Shown in pieces: positions 38,921-53,287 of a DNA stretch of 64,000 bases. A program made the position numbers and the translations under genes. The notes below the pieces were generated by a model. That model saw only the letters and a program-made list of their open reading frames with translations, made no database searches and was not told the origin of the DNA. Source of the stretch: Antechinus flavipes. Its lineage: Eukaryota. The stretch's first letter is position 1. Each line of letters opens with the position of its first letter. The stretch is taken from positions 545,414,001 to 545,478,000 of the forward strand of contig NC_067400.1 in the NCBI RefSeq assembly GCF_016432865.1, written 5' to 3'.

Positions 38921-40165
38921 TCAACCCACTCTGGAGTACTCCAAAGCAACCTATAATCTAAAGAGATAGCCCAAACTGGTTATGCATAAAGCCTCATTTC
39001 CATAGCCAGACCAAAATAAAGACCCAAAGGTGGCAATGAGACTGACAAACATTTCTCCTCATATCTTTTTGGGGACAAGTGAATGCAGTTTATTGATCTT
39101 TATTGGGTCTGTTTGGAAGATGGGATGTTTGTCTTCATTTAGGTAGCCTTCTTAGCTGAAAGTTCAGTGTCATTTTTTAAGATGTCTTCAAGGATCATTT
39201 TATCCAGTTTTTTCCAATTCTTTTCATAAAGTGAGTTTTCATTATGTATAGGCATGGCATTTCAGTATAGTCTATAAATCATCATCTTCATTTATCCTTT
39301 ATTTCTGACATAGTTCTCAGTATCCCCATCTATTTCTACTATTAAATTGAAACCCATTGAACTTAAAAGGGTATATTGATTTATTTTGGAGGATCTTAGT
39401 AAGTACTTCATTGAATTTCTTTTATCTTTACATCCTCTGCAATAGATATTGGTACATAGGCTGCCATTATTTTCATGGTAATCTTTTTGCCAAAAATAAA
39501 CAAATAAGGGAAAATCATGTGGACTGCAATACGAAATGACCAAATGTTCCCAAGACCAACTCTCCCAATTTCCATATTTTCTCTTTTAAGAAATATTCAT
39601 AAGCCATCCTTCTCTTTTGCTACAATTTTTCTTCTAGTTTTGACATTAGGCAAAATGTCAAGATTGATATATAACTTGCCTTGGAGGTGAAGACACTTAA
39701 AAACTGACTTTGATTTTCAAGCAGAAGAATGATCTTAGGACCTGGGTAGGCAGAAAGAAAAGAGTTGAGAAACAAGTTGGAAATTCAGCAGCTGTTGAAA
39801 GATAGGCTATGGGAGCCTGTCAAAAGAGTTAGACTAACCTGGTAGCAGAAACAGGAGTGGTGGCTCCTGAAGCTCTGAATATTTACAGCTGGCCCAATCA
39901 TTGAAGTCACTTTTGACTTTTTTCCTCTGCAAGATCCTACGAAGTTCCTGGATACACAATAGGCACTTACTTAATAAATGCTTATTGTTTGATTGATTCA
40001 TAGGCTGATCCTGGTGAGTGGATGAAAGTCATATCTCTTAGTCCATATATAAAAAGTATACTCCAGTGGCAATTTCAGTTAATTGATGGACAAGTCTAGT
40101 ATTTAACATTTCAGTTGAGAGGTAACTGCTCTTTAGAATTCTCCCCTGCCCCCATACCAATCATT

Positions 40166-41346
40166 TTTTTAAAAATTAATTTATTTACAATACACATTGA
40201 TTTATGAATCATATTGGAAGAGTAAAATCAGAACAAAAGGGAGAGGGAAAAAAAACAGAAAAAAAGAAGTGATCATAGCATGTGTTGATTTACATTCTGT
40301 CTCTATAATTCTTTTTCTGGATGCTGATGGCATTTTCTATCCAAAGTGCATTGGGATTGCCTTGGATCACTGAGAAGAACCAAATCTTTCATAGCTGATC
40401 AGAGCACATTCTTGCTGTTATTGTGTACAATGTATTCCCAGTTCTGCTTCACTCAGCATCAGTTCATGTAAATCTTTCTAGACCTTTCTAAAATCATCTT
40501 GTTCATTAATTTTACATAATAATAATATTCTATTATCTTCATATACCACAGCTTATTCAACCATTCTCCAATTGATGGGCATCCACTTATTTTCCAATTC
40601 TTTGTTACCACAAAAAAGAGCTGCTACAAAGATTTCTGAACATGTGAGTGTTTTCCCTCCTTTATGATTTACTTGGGATATAAATTCAGTAGCGGCACTA
40701 ATGGGTCAAAGGGTGTGAACAGTTTTATAGTCATTTGGCATAGTTCCAGATTGCTTTCCAGAAGGTTGGATCATTTCACAACTCCACCAAAAATGCATTA
40801 ATGTCTTAATTTTTCTTCATCCCCTTCAATATTTTATCATTATCTTTTCCTGTCATCAGCCAATATGAGAGGTGTGAGATGATACCTCAGAGATGTTTTA
40901 ATTTGCTTTTCTCTAAGTCAATAATGATTTAGAGCATTTTTTTAATATCACTATAAGTGGCTTTAATTTCATCATCTGAAAATTGTTCATATCCTTTGAC
41001 CATTTATCAAGTAGGAAATGACTTGTGCTCCTTTAAATTTGACACAGTTCTCTGTATATTTTAGAAATTAGATCTTTATCAGAAATAGTGACTGTAAAGA
41101 TTTTTTCCAGCTTTGTACTTCCTTTTAATCTTGTTTCTGTTGGTTTTGTTTGTGCAAAAACTTTTTAATTAAATGTAATCAAAGTTGTCCATTTTGCCTT
41201 TCATAATGTTCTCTAGTTTTTATTTGGTCATAAATTCCTCCTTTCTCCAAAGTTCTAAAAGGTAAATTATCCCTTGCTCTCCTAATTTATTTATGGTATC
41301 ATCCTTTATACCCAAATCAAGCAACTATTTTGACCTTATTTTGGTT
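40166..41346 (-). mobile_element. 5'-truncated L1 (ORF2 end and 3' UTR)
   Basis: Antisense L1 sequence; approximate 15-bp TSD cccataccaatcatt (40151-40165) / cctatacaaatcatt (41347-41361). Confidence 0.92.
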
Positions 41347-42574
41347 CCTATACAAATCATTAACCATATTGTAAGATAAACTGAAAATAGGAATCAATAT
41401 ACTTGGATTAGAATACACTGAGGACACATTGGCAACAAAGATAAAAAGAAATATAGAAATAAAAGTATCCAATAAAAGAAACAGCTTCAGGAAGTATGAC
41501 CTCTTGTGGCAAAGAGAAAGGTCTGTACAAGGGTATGGAGCCCAGAAGACAGTTGTACATATAAGGGGAACTTCATAAAGACTTTATAATAAAATACCTC
41601 AAAAAAAAAAAAAAAACTTCCAGAAATCAAGAGTTATGAATTACCCTTTGTCACAGGCCCAATACCTCTCTATAATCACAGTTTAAATTTTAGTTCATTC
41701 TTCCCATGTACCTTGAAGCAGAAAGTATCCTATGATTAATTTTTTTTTTTGGGGGGGGGGCAAGGAAGAAGGAGGAATAAAATTGTAACAATTGTTCCTA
41801 CTATACCAGCCTAGAAAATAATCTTTGCCAAAAAAAACTAATTGAATTTGGTTGGCCAATTGATTAATAAAGAGTATACTAGTGAGGGTTCATGAGTGAT
41901 AGAACTAGCTATCCAGATTTTCAAGGTTACCATCAAAGCCTGAATAGCTGTAGTTAGGCACCAACTAAGAATTGGATTCACCAAGAGTAGGAGTTGGGGG
42001 AAATAGCCTCAGCAAAGATGCTATATTAGCAAGGCCATTTTTCTTCCTTCCTGGTTAGCCAAATAGGCTAGCTTTTTTGTTTTGCATCTTGCTTTCAAAT
42101 TAGATATAATTTACTGACATAAAAAAACATATTGACTTGGACAAATGCTAAGCTCTATGTGTATTTTATTGGGAGAAAGCATTCCTTATTTTAAATCAAA
42201 AGATTTGATCCATAAAAGGTGAACTGGGGGACTAAGTCAAAATTGGAGAGTGGTACTAATCTGTATAAATCTGTTATAAAAATTCAGAATTCATATATCA
42301 TTGAAATAAATTACAAGCTAGTGAGAGTAGAAGGTTCTGAAGAAATAAGAGTAGATAATTTTTAAACTGATTCACCACTATCTGTAACATATAGCATCTA
42401 AACCACTCCTCCAAGGAGGAGAAAGATGAAAACACTGTGTGTGCAAAAGTCATTTTCTCCTTCCCCTCAACTCACTAGCTCCATTTGTTGCCTGAAGATA
42501 TAATTCAGTTCCTCTAGTGTTATGTAAAGTACATAGTATCACTTTGTTATTGGATAAAGATTTCCTGTCTAAGG

Positions 42575-42985
42575 TGTGATGACTTCGTATTTAAAATCAG
42601 CCCAAGTCAGGAATTCAGGTTAAGGGAAAAATCTTCAATCTTTATTGAAGTGAAGAGATGAAAAAAGATTGCGATAGGAATATGGGCAGCTGCAACAGGA
42701 AGCCAGCTAACAGAGGGGGATCGGAGGTGAAGGGCAGTCGTGATAGCAATGCGAGCAGCTGTGACAAGACACCAGCCAGCAGTCTCTCCTTCCACTTCCC
42801 TTTCCACTCCCCTGCCTCCACCCACCAAAATCATCATTTCCTATACAACACATCAGGACTTGCACAAAGAGTGGGCGGGGCCATTCTTTCTCCAAGCTTA
42901 TATATTAATAGAGTATGGAACAATTACTATTTAGCCTCAGGTGCTTGGGACCTCCGTGCATCAACTCAAGCCTCAGCCCATTACA
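42575..42985 (-). mobile_element. Solo LTR, 411 bp
   Basis: TGTGATG...CATTACA termini, perfect 5-bp TSD taagg (42570-42574, 42986-42990), minus-strand AATAAA near 42640. Confidence 0.93.
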
Positions 42986-45328
42986 TAAGGTACTGACTCA
43001 ATTAAAATATAGTGATAGTCTAAAACTTGTGTAATTCTTATCACCTTATATCTTCTTTTCATTTCTCTGTCACTATCACTGCCAAAGTAGAAGAGGTGAC
43101 ACAGTACTGAAGACCATTTTGCATTTTGATAAATACATTATTACCAAGTGGCCAGACAATTACTTCTAAGCTTTTGTTTTCAGTTAATCTGACCCATAAA
43201 AAACTGGTTCATCAAAAGTACATAGGTTTATGATATGTTATCATGTAGAAGAGATCTTATCTGAATTAAATTTTTACTAACTTTATTGCTTCATATACAT
43301 ATGTATTTATCTTATAATGTAAATCCTGAAATAAACAGTAATATAATTTCATATCTTTTTATAAAATTCTATAACTCAAAATTTTCTTTATGTCATATGG
43401 GTACCCAATTCTGTCTACTTCATCCTTATCCAAATATTCCAGTTTATTGCACTGAATTTTTATTTCAGAATGTCCCCAAAATCTTAGTTTCAAGCTAATA
43501 AAGCTTATAATTATTTACCTATTAAAGTTTTAAAACCACACTAAGACTTTGAGGACATTCTACATAATATAAATTTATTCTTGTGAAGATTTTTTTTTTC
43601 ACATAATGGCCTTTGATTTCTTTAAGTCTTTTACATCTAAATTTAAAGGTTAAGCATGTTTTGGGGAAGAATAACTAACTTCATCTTAAACTCGCTTGAT
43701 TTATAGCATCTCAGTAATGCATAGCTAAGTCTTACCAGTCATTCATATAAAGAGAGATATCATGGAATACATTCACATTTCATGATGGTCAAAGTAGGCT
43801 AGAAACTAGATTATTGTGTTCTTCCAAATGATTTAATTTGGTGCGACAAATTGTTTGGATAGGTCAAATAAACTAGGGTCTGACAACTCTCTAAAAATAA
43901 TTTGAAGATTTCTTAGTTGCTTCCCCCACTCTCCTTTATTTCTCTTTTTGAGAAAAGCTTACTCCTACTCACTGCCATATATTTACCTTGCATACACATA
44001 ATGACTTCCTTTAGAAACTGAGATTAAATCCAAGAACTAATTCTTTTTTTTTTTTTTGAAACTGCTTCAGTTATAGTTTATGAAGAAAGTTCTTCCAAAC
44101 TGAATAATAACAAAGGGTTTGTAACTCCACCAGAACAAAACATTTTGAAGATGTATGTAAATGGAAAGCTTACAAAGACTGTTTTATTTTTGTTTGTTTT
44201 TAAAAACAAAGTTTAAGTAGTTTTATAACATCCCTGGAGACTAGATTTCAAAGGAAAGTTTCAACATGCCCCCTTAGCTTTTATCATTACCATTAGAACA
44301 CAGGAAGGATAGAGCATTTTAGCAGCAATTGAGAGTAATTTATTGTATGTATATACTTGTCTATGATTTATATTCTGCTTGTTTGCAAGAAGGATTTGAG
44401 GTGGCTTACTGAATTAAAGGTAATTTAAAACAGGACAGTTAAAAATAAAAACAGAAGAAGCACCAGTTAAGAATTGAGAAATAGATATTATCTGGCACCT
44501 GGGATGAGTTAGTTTCTGAAGTTGAATTACCATATTTAGCTCTGAGTTTCCTGAGATGAAGAAGGGAAGGATAGGAGGAAGAAGTGGAAGGAATTTAGGA
44601 ATCAAGAATACAAAGTATAGAAATGACCACATTTTAAAAAATCCCAAAGATACAACCTCCCAGTACTTTAAAAAGATAAAAAACAAAAACAAAACCCTCT
44701 TCATTGTAAAGATAAATTACAATGGAGTGACATGAATCCTCTTAGCTGTTGTCAGCTGGAAAAGATAAAATATAGCATAATGAAATTTAACTTAATTAAA
44801 GAGAGGGAGAGATTTGAATGGTAGGATTTCTGGTGAGTTCTTTTCCTTGGTGTACTCTTAAAAAAAAAAAACAACTTTTTAATGATGATAAAAATATGAA
44901 GTTCTAAATAAAGTATAATGAAAGGAAATGAATGGGCAGCAAAAAGACCTATGGATTAGAAACTGACAGGAGAGATATATGTGTGGTATACCAACCAAGC
45001 AAACAAAAGCATTTTTCAGAGGTGCCTGTAAAACCCTAAGTGGAGAGTTCTTCTGGAATAGTACTTAACTAGTTGTTTCATTTTATTATATTCTCATTGT
45101 TTCTTCCAAGAATAACCTGCCTAAAAATTGAGCTTCCTGTTGTTTTCCTTCTTCATACAGCAAAAGACCATGTAGTCTCTGTATATGGAAATTAGAAATA
45201 TGATTTTTGGCAATCTTTTACATTACAACAAAATGTCACCATTGTGAAATGTGTGTATGCCTTATAGTATTCCTATTTAATGGGGTTTGGTCTCTAGTCT
45301 TGATGAGGTATGGTGCAGTGCAGGGAGT

Positions 45329-45844
45329 TGTAGGAACCCCCTTCTGGTGGCACAGGTCTTTTGTAAATGAATTTACAAACCCGAAAATTTAAACTGGCAA
45401 AAGAAGTTTATTATTAAAGATCTAGCAGAGGAATCCTCTAGCAGAGAAGGTTTCTAGCAGAGAAATTCTGACAGAGAGGTGAATAAGGTCTTGTCAGGGT
45501 AATAGGTGAGAGAGATAAAGAGGAAGTAACACTGAAAGAGAATGTCATTTCAGTGAGCAGAGGGTTGCAGCTATGCCAAGGGAAGAGAGAGGTTCCTTGG
45601 CATGGCATGTTAGGTCTTCTGCAAGGGATTGAGGTGAAGGAAGCTCCATGAGCAGCTCTTGGTGGGGTCTGGGAGCAGTTTGAGCTGGAATCACAATAGA
45701 GAATATTGGAATTGAATGAGTGTCTTTGGACTAATCTCCAACTCAATAAAATTGGATAGAAATCTGATCTCCAGCTCAGGCTAAATAGGAGTAGTCCTGG
45801 ATTCAACTAGTCTCACCCAGATAACAGAATAAAACTATTTTATC
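45329..45844 (-). mobile_element. LTR running into an assembly gap
   Basis: Starts 'tgtaggaacc'; minus-strand AATAAA near 45409; short internal 'ctagcagag' repeats. Confidence 0.6.
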
Positions 45845-46259
45845 NNNNNNNNNNNNNNNNNNNNNNNNNNNNNNNNNNNNNNNNNNNNNNNNNNNNNNNN
45901 NNNNNNNNNNNNNNNNNNNNNNNNNNNNNNNNNNNNNNNNNNNNNNNNNNNNNNNNNNNNNNNNNNNNNNNNNNNNNNNNNNNNNNNNNNNNNNNNNNNN
46001 NNNNNNNNNNNNNNNNNNNNNNNNNNNNNNNNNNNNNNNNNNNNNNNNNNNNNNNNNNNNNNNNNNNNNNNNNNNNNNNNNNNNNNNNNNNNNNNNNNNN
46101 NNNNNNNNNNNNNNNNNNNNNNNNNNNNNNNNNNNNNNNNNNNNNNNNNNNNNNNNNNNNNNNNNNNNNNNNNNNNNNNNNNNNNNNNNNNNNNNNNNNN
46201 NNNNNNNNNNNNNNNNNNNNNNNNNNNNNNNNNNNNNNNNNNNNNNNNNNNNNNNNNNN
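45845..46259. other. Assembly gap
   Basis: Run of N. Confidence 1.
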
Positions 46260-46294
46260 TCCAATTGGGTTCCAGTAGTGCAGGTCTACTCATA

Positions 46295-46480
46295 TAGGTT
46301 GTTTGTCCTTCATTCTTGAAGAATACCATGGCATTTGGGAGGTGATACCATGAAAAACAAGTAAATTAGATTTAAGTGAGGGTGGGATGTGCAAAGCCAC
46401 TAGCCTCACTTTTTCCTCTAGAGTCATCTGGGTCCAATAGCAAGATATAGATCAGGACAACTAGAGATAACTATTGCAAT
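46295..46480 (-). mobile_element. Mar1-type SINE tail
   Basis: 'gttgtttgtccttcattcttgaag...tagatttaagtgagggtgggatgtgcaaagccactagcctcac'. Confidence 0.75.
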
Positions 46481-46999
46481 AGTTCAAGTGGGAAGTGATG
46501 AGAGTCTGTCAGGATGGCAAGGGAAAAGGAAGACACCAGCAACTTTGGTAATCAGAGAAATGATTTTTGAGCTTTTTCTTTTCCTTGAAGGAAACTAGGC
46601 ATTCTGAGAAATGAGGGAACAGTATGTTCCACGCATGGGGGAAGTCCTGTACAAAGGCAGTAGAGATAGAAGGTGGAATTTCATAAGGAAAAAGCAATAA
46701 GTAAGCCAGTTTAGCTGAAACATAAAATATAAAGAAGAAAAGTAATCAGTTCTAAGTCTTGAAACCAGGACTACTACCAGATTGTAAAGAATTTTAAATG
46801 CCAAGCAGAAGAATTTGTATGCCCACACAAAAGGGCTTCCTAATCTCTGAATACCCATTCCATCTCCATCTAGCCATTGTCTCAGGCCACCTGACTTTGC
46901 CCCCAACTGATTACCCCATCCTCCCCACCTCTTTCCAGCTATACTTCTACCTGATTCCCTTGAAAAACTTCATCTGTAAATTCATATAAACAATGACAA

Positions 47000-49900
47000 T
47001 CTGAACTTATCCTTCAATGATTAACGTACTTTCATCTCATCATAACCTCCCCACTCCAACCCCCCAATGTCACAGTTCAAATACCTTTTTGGTCTTCTAC
47101 TGATTGCTCCCTCATCCCCTTCAACCCAAACCCACAAAGATCCCACTCTAAAGCTACCTGTCCCTTCCACTGTGCTCTTTGGAACGCCTGTTCCATATAA
47201 GTAGCAAATTTGCTTTCATCTTAAGCCTGGCTCACTCCTGATACAAGTTCCATGGCCAGCCTTTATGGCACTCATGGCACTTTTACTAATATTTCTTGTC
47301 TCATTGGTCATAAAAAGAGAATTAGAATAAGACTTCCTTGTCACTGCTTCCAATCTCTCCCTCTATCACCATCACTCAGTAACTTCTAGTCCTCTGAGGG
47401 TCATTCAATGCACATTTGTCACGAAGCAACATTCTTCTTGCTCTTGTCTATTGATTCTAAGACACTCCTTCCTTCCTCTATGAATTCAACATCTGGTTCA
47501 CAGTCTTTCCTCCCCAGCTCCAGTTTCTTACTAGGTGACTTAAATGTGTATGGATGTATATGTATGTGTATTTGTATATATATCCATATGTTTATATATA
47601 TGTATATACATACACATTCCATTCCATCCTGTCTTTACCAGATTTCCCCTTTTTCATCAAAACATATATATGTATGTATAGTTCCTTAACTTGTTTATGT
47701 CCCATAACCTACTTATTTACCCTATCTTAGCTACACACAGTATTGGTCATACTTTTGATTTTGTATCTTCCATGTTCATGAACTCTGAAATTCCATCATG
47801 TAACCATAATCTATTTTCAGCCTTGCAACTCCATACCTGTTCTTTGTGCTCCAATTTTTCCATTCCCCAGTTCTGTCCCAGGCCATTAGTCTCTTCACTT
47901 ATTACATTTTCCTTTCTTCCCTATCTTGACTCCTTGGTGAACCAACTTAATTCCATACTATCTTTTCCTCAGTTTCTTTAACTCCTATCTTAACACAGAT
48001 CTTTCTCTGCCAAGGCTTGGCTTGCTCCTACTCATATGTTAGTAAACAAAGATGGAGAAAAATGATGAAACCATGTTGAGTGGGTCAACTACAAATTTGT
48101 GTTACATATGTCCAAAGTGCTATAAAACTGTTCATGCCCTTTGATTCAGCAACACTACTACTTGTTATGTATCCTAAAGAGATAATAAAAAATGGAAAAA
48201 GATCTACATATACAAAAATATTTACAGCAGCTCTTTTTGTGGTGGCAAAGAATTATAAATTGTGGGGATGCCTATAATTGGGGAATGCCTGAACAAGTTG
48301 TAGCATATGGATGTAATGGAATTCTCCTGTTCTATAAGAAATGATGAGCAGGCAGATTTCAGAAAAACCTGGAAAAATTTACATGAATAAATGTTGAGTG
48401 AAATGACCAAAAACAGAAAAACAGTAACAGCAAGATTATGTGATGATCAACTGTGTGGACTTAGCTTTTTTTTTTTTTTTTTTTTTTTAGCAATACAGTG
48501 ATCTAAGATAATTTCAATAGATTTGGGAAGGAAAATGCCATCTGAATCTAGAAAGAGAACTATAGAGACTGAGTGTAGACTCATTTTTATTGAGTATACT
48601 ATTTTTATTTTTTTGCTTTACCACATATTGCCCCCTTTATCATTCTCAGTCTTTCACTTTTCTTACATATCTCTTTGTCTATTGGCTGCTTCCCTCCTAC
48701 ATATAAACAAGATTCATAAAAAATCTCTCATCCTCAAAAATTCCTTACTTGATCCATCCATCATTTCTAGCTATCACTCTCTCCTCACTTTTGTGGCTAA
48801 CCTTGAGAGGTTATCTATAATCAGTGTCTCTAATTCCTTTCCTCTCACTCCCTTCTAAGCTCTCTATACTTTGGTATCCAATCTCATTATTTAACTGAAA
48901 TGGCTCTCTCCAAAGTTACCAATGATACCTTAAGTACTAAATTTAACGGCCTATTCTCCATCTTCATTCTTTGTGACTTCTCTATAGCCCTTGGCATTGC
49001 CAATCAACCACTTTCTTCTTGATACTCTTCTTTCTCTAGGTTTTCTTGACACAGCTTTTTCCTAGTTTTTCTCCTACCTGTCAGACTGCTTCTTCTCACT
49101 TTCTTTTGCTAAATCTGCATTCAGATCATGCCCTGTAATATTGAGTATCTCCTGAGATGCTCTCCTTTTCCGTTTATGTTTTTTCACTTGATAATCTCCG
49201 AGATTAGATTATTGTCTTTGTATAGATGATTGCTTTAATGTATTTCTCGTTACTTCCTTAACATCTCCAAATACCTGTTGGATCTTTTGAAATGGATTTT
49301 AAATTCAACACATCTAAAACTGAACTTTCTCTTTCCCCCAAAACCCTGCCCTCTTTCTAACATTTTTATTGCTCTCAAGGGTACCACCATTCTCCCAGTT
49401 ATCCAAGCTTACTACCTTGGTATCATGCTTGACTTCTCACTCTCCTTCACCCTTCCATATCCAATCAGTTGCCATGACCAGTCTTTATCTTTACCTTGGT
49501 AATATCTCTTGTACATTCACCCTTCTCTCCTCGGCCCTGCCACTTTCTTGGTGCTGATCCTCAACACTTCTTGCCTGGACTATTACAGTGGCCTGCTGAT
49601 TATTCTACCTGCCACAAGTATCTTCCCACTCCAATCAATCAATCAATAGACATTTATGAAGCACCTACTATGTGCCAGGCACTGTGCCAAAGGGCTTCTC
49701 TACCCAGCTGTTAAATAAATCTTCCTAAAATAAAGATATGATCTTTTCCCTCTTCCTCCACATCCCTACCCCCAACCCACAGTTAACTCCATTGGTTTCC
49801 TTTTGTCTCCAAGATCAAATAAAAATACATCTGTTTGGTTTTAAAAGTCCCCAGTAACCTAGCCCCTTTCTACCTTTCTAATCTTATTTATTATGTCACC

Positions 49901-50300
49901 CTATAATCTCAGTGTACTAGCTAGTGACACTGGCTTCCTCGCTATTCCTTGAACCAGAAACTCTATCTCTGGATTCTGGGCATTTTCACTCATTATACCC
50001 CATGCCTAAAATTCTCTCACTCCTCCTTTCTAACTCCTAGTTTTTGTGAATTCCCTCTAATTTCACCTGAAGTCCCACGGTTTTCAAGAAGCCTTCCCAG
50101 TCCTGCTTAATCTTAATTTTTTCTCTGAGATTATCTTCAAATCATCTTGTATTTACTTGTTTTTGTAATATTTCTCTCATTAGACTGTGTGATCCTTGAA
50201 AGCAGGGATTGTTTTTTGCCTTTCTTTGTATCCTCAGCAGTTAACATAGTGTCTGACACATAATAGAATTTTAATAAATGCTTATTGACTGATTGACTAA
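47000..50300 (+). mobile_element. Long decayed L2 (ORF2 endonuclease, RT, 3' end) with nested insertions
   Basis: ALWNA-like start near 47175; LGDLNV near 47530; RT-region 'actgaaatggctctctccaaagttaccaatgat' (TEMALSKVTND) near 48895; 3' end 'aataaatgcttattgactgattgact' at about 50273-50298. Confidence 0.85.
48105..48630 (+). mobile_element. Old L1 3' portion nested in L2
   Basis: ORF 48080-48277 includes IKLFMPFDSATLLLVMYPKEII...IFTAALFVVAKN (L1 ORF2 end). Confidence 0.88.
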
Positions 50301-50949
50301 TCCTAGAAGCAAGTGGGAACCAGTGGAGCTTCCTTGAGTAAAATAACATGGCCAGACTTGAGCCTCAGGAATATATCACATTGGCAGCTTTGGAAACTAT
50401 GTGGAAGACAGATTTGAGGAAGGCAGACCAATTAGGTTATTGCAACAATTTAGGCAAGAGATGAAGAGGGTGGTTGCTGTAGGAGAGAAACATGTGAAAG
50501 ATATGGTAGAAGTAGAATCCACAAGCCTTGGCAAATGATTGGTCATTGGGAAGAAAGAGGATGAGAAATTGAAAATTATTGCTAAATTTTAAAAGTTAGC
50601 AGTAACCATAAATATGGTGGCTTCCCATAAAAAAATGGGGCCATACCTAAAGGGATAACAATGAAAGGATAAATCTGGTAGAAGACTTTCTAGTTACTAG
50701 TAATGACTTTCAATAAGAATTAATAGGTCAAAAGAAATTTATTGAGAATCTACTATGTGCAAGGCTCTGTTAATTGGATAAGACCTCTGAGTCTCAGCTT
50801 CTTCTGTAAAAGGGACTATGTGGCTTTTGAGGTCATCCAGTTCTGGATCCCTTTGATACTCTCTAAAACTAATAGGTGCAAAAAAAAAAAAAAAAAAAAT
50901 CCCCTATTGGTAGAAAGATGAATGAATCTTGGTTCCAATCCCTATTTCT

Positions 50950-51099
50950 TTTTTTTCTCTTGAGGCAATTGGGGTTAAGTGACTTGCCCAAGGTCACATA
51001 CCTAAGAAGTGTTAAGTGTCTGAGGCCAAATTTGAACTCAGGTCCTCCTGACTTCAGGGCTGGTGCTCTCTACACTGCGCCATCTAATTGCCCCTCTAG
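50950..51099 (-). mobile_element. WSINE1-like SINE
   Basis: Perfect 11-bp TSD tccctatttct (50939-50949, 51100-51110); poly-T and CORE-SINE body. Confidence 0.9.
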
Positions 51100-51169
51100 T
51101 CCCTATTTCTCTATAAATTTTAATTATTATTACTGGCGACTCTTTTTCTGCCATTTCCTGTATTCTCTT

Positions 51170-51420
51170 CACTAAGCACTGAAGTCAGCACAGTAGAATA
51201 AGGCCTGGAATGTGAAACACCTGAGTTCAAATCTACTCTCAGATATGTAATAGCTGTATGACCCTGAACAAGTCACTTAAACTCTGACTCAGTTTTCTCA
51301 GTTGTAAAATGGGGATAATAAATGTCTACCTCCAGGGTTGTTATGAGGGTCAGCTGAGATATTTGTAAAGTACTTGGTACATAATAGGCACTATTTAAAT
51401 GCTGGGTATTATTATTGGTA
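51170..51420 (+). mobile_element. MIR
   Basis: 'cctgagttcaaatc...gtatgaccctgaacaagtcacttaa...gttgtaaaatggggataata...ggttgttatgagg'. Confidence 0.85.
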
Positions 51421-52368
51421 TTGTTAAAATTAGCTTTTGAGAAATCTTGTCCATGAAAGCAAGTAATCTTTAAGATTACTTTTGAAATGTTGCAGATCTG
51501 GCATTTGCAATTAGTTTACTCTTGCTATTGGGAACTCCAATATTTAGAAACTCTAAATTCTCTACTCCTAATATAATATTTCCTCAAATTTCTAGCAAAA
51601 AAAATGAACTTTCTAGCTCTGTCATTTTGTGCCAATATCAAAAAAGTTTTTTTTTTTTTTTTAAGTATTTAATCCTGTGCCTTATGACATAAATCTTCTA
51701 GGTCTTAAGCCCTGGAAATGAAAATGTATACAATCTTAGAAGTTCAAATAATCCTTTAAGGATTTAGTGGAAAAGATCAATATTAAAGGGTATGCAATTT
51801 GTATTATCAATAACATCTTTGACTTTCTTTTTAGGTCTTCAATTTATTTTGTTCTCTATCTGCCTTCTGCTTTTTAAAATTTTTTTGACAAGGCAATCCT
51901 TTTTTCTCTGTGTTTGGTGCTTGGCTCTTTCTTCCAGGCACTGAATAGCAGTTGAAGAAAGAGAATAATACTGAGCTTTTCTAGTACAAAAGCACATTTT
52001 TTTTTAATGGCATTTGCTGTTGTTAAAGGAAATTAACCTGGTCCTAACCAATTTCATTCAAAGGAAGGCTTCTTTAATAAAGGACATTTATATGGGATTA
52101 CTCTTCTAGCACTGAGAAATACTGCTGGATCCAAGGAACTGGAGCTCCTAGTCCCACCCAGGCCTGTATCTGCTCAAGACCTATGCAGGTGGTCTGGACC
52201 AGATTCAATCACCAAATGTGTATTACTATGTATGCTATTATGTGTCAGACGCCGTGCTAAGTAGTGGAGTAAAAGAAACACAAAAGACAGACCCTGCTCC
52301 TCAAAGACGAGGGGGGAGACAACAAGCAAATATATACAAGCAAGCTCTATGCAGGCGAATTGGATAAA

Positions 52369-53287
52369 CTGAGTGAAGACCTCTCATAAGAATGTGGCTT
52401 CCAGTTTCAATTGATCAATGATGGACAGAAGCAGCTACACCCAAAGAAAGAACACTGGGAAATGAATGTAAACTGCTTGCATTTTTGTTTTTCTTACTGG
52501 GTTATTTATACCTTCTGAATTCAAATCTCCCTGTGCAACAAGAGAACTATTCGGTTCTGCAACATATATTGTATCTAGAATATACTGCGACATATTTAAC
52601 ATATATAGGACAGCTTGCCATCTAGGGGGAAGGGGTGGAGGGAGGGAGGGGAAAAATAGGAACAGAAGTGAGTGCAAGGGATAATGTTGTAAAAAATTAC
52701 CCTGGCATGGGTTCTGTCAATAAAAAGTTATTATAAATAAATAAATAAATAAAATAATAATTAAAAAAATATTGTGGCTTCCACCTATGCCCTAATTATA
52801 ACCTGGGACTTTGCAATAACAAGTCTTGCTATAGCCCAAAGCTGTAGGTCTTTATCTTAAACATACATTTCCCTCCTGTTCCCCTGCTTTTTTTTTTTTT
52901 TTTTTTTACTACAATTAGCATTAAGTTCCTAAAATGGTAAAGTGTGTCATTAGCTAGTATTCTTTGTCTCTAGGTAGATTTTTTTTTTTTGTCTCTGAGT
53001 AGATTTTTAATCTCCAGGTAGATTTTTAGACTCTGCGTAAATTTCTGAGTTTTATAATGTAAGCCTGGACTATCCAAGCCAAGGGGGAAAAAAGTCAGAA
53101 GTGGGGTGGAGGTTTCTGAGTTAGGGTCTGTATAATCCTGTGTTTTGCAGATTGTGCTTTGCACTCCTATATCAACACTGCTATTTCTGGGAGCTGCCCT
53201 TTCTTGCAAGATCATAATAAATCCTTTTTGCTTTTTACCTTGAAAGTCTCTGATTTTAATTTGGGCAAGGGTTGCTGTCCCACACAC
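52369..53287 (+). mobile_element. LTR split by an L1 insertion
   Basis: R/U5-like end 'aataaatcctttttgctttt...gctgtcccacaca'; the 5' boundary is uncertain. Confidence 0.6.
52404..52772 (+). mobile_element. Young truncated L1 3' end
   Basis: A-rich tail; TSD core tgtggcttcca (52393-52403, 52773-52783). Confidence 0.92.

Noticed and set aside
43736-43798. 63-nt minus-strand exon-like unit
   Set aside because: Weak acceptor and stops in all three frames
45803-46329. 153-aa and 164-aa ORFs
   Set aside because: Almost entirely assembly gap
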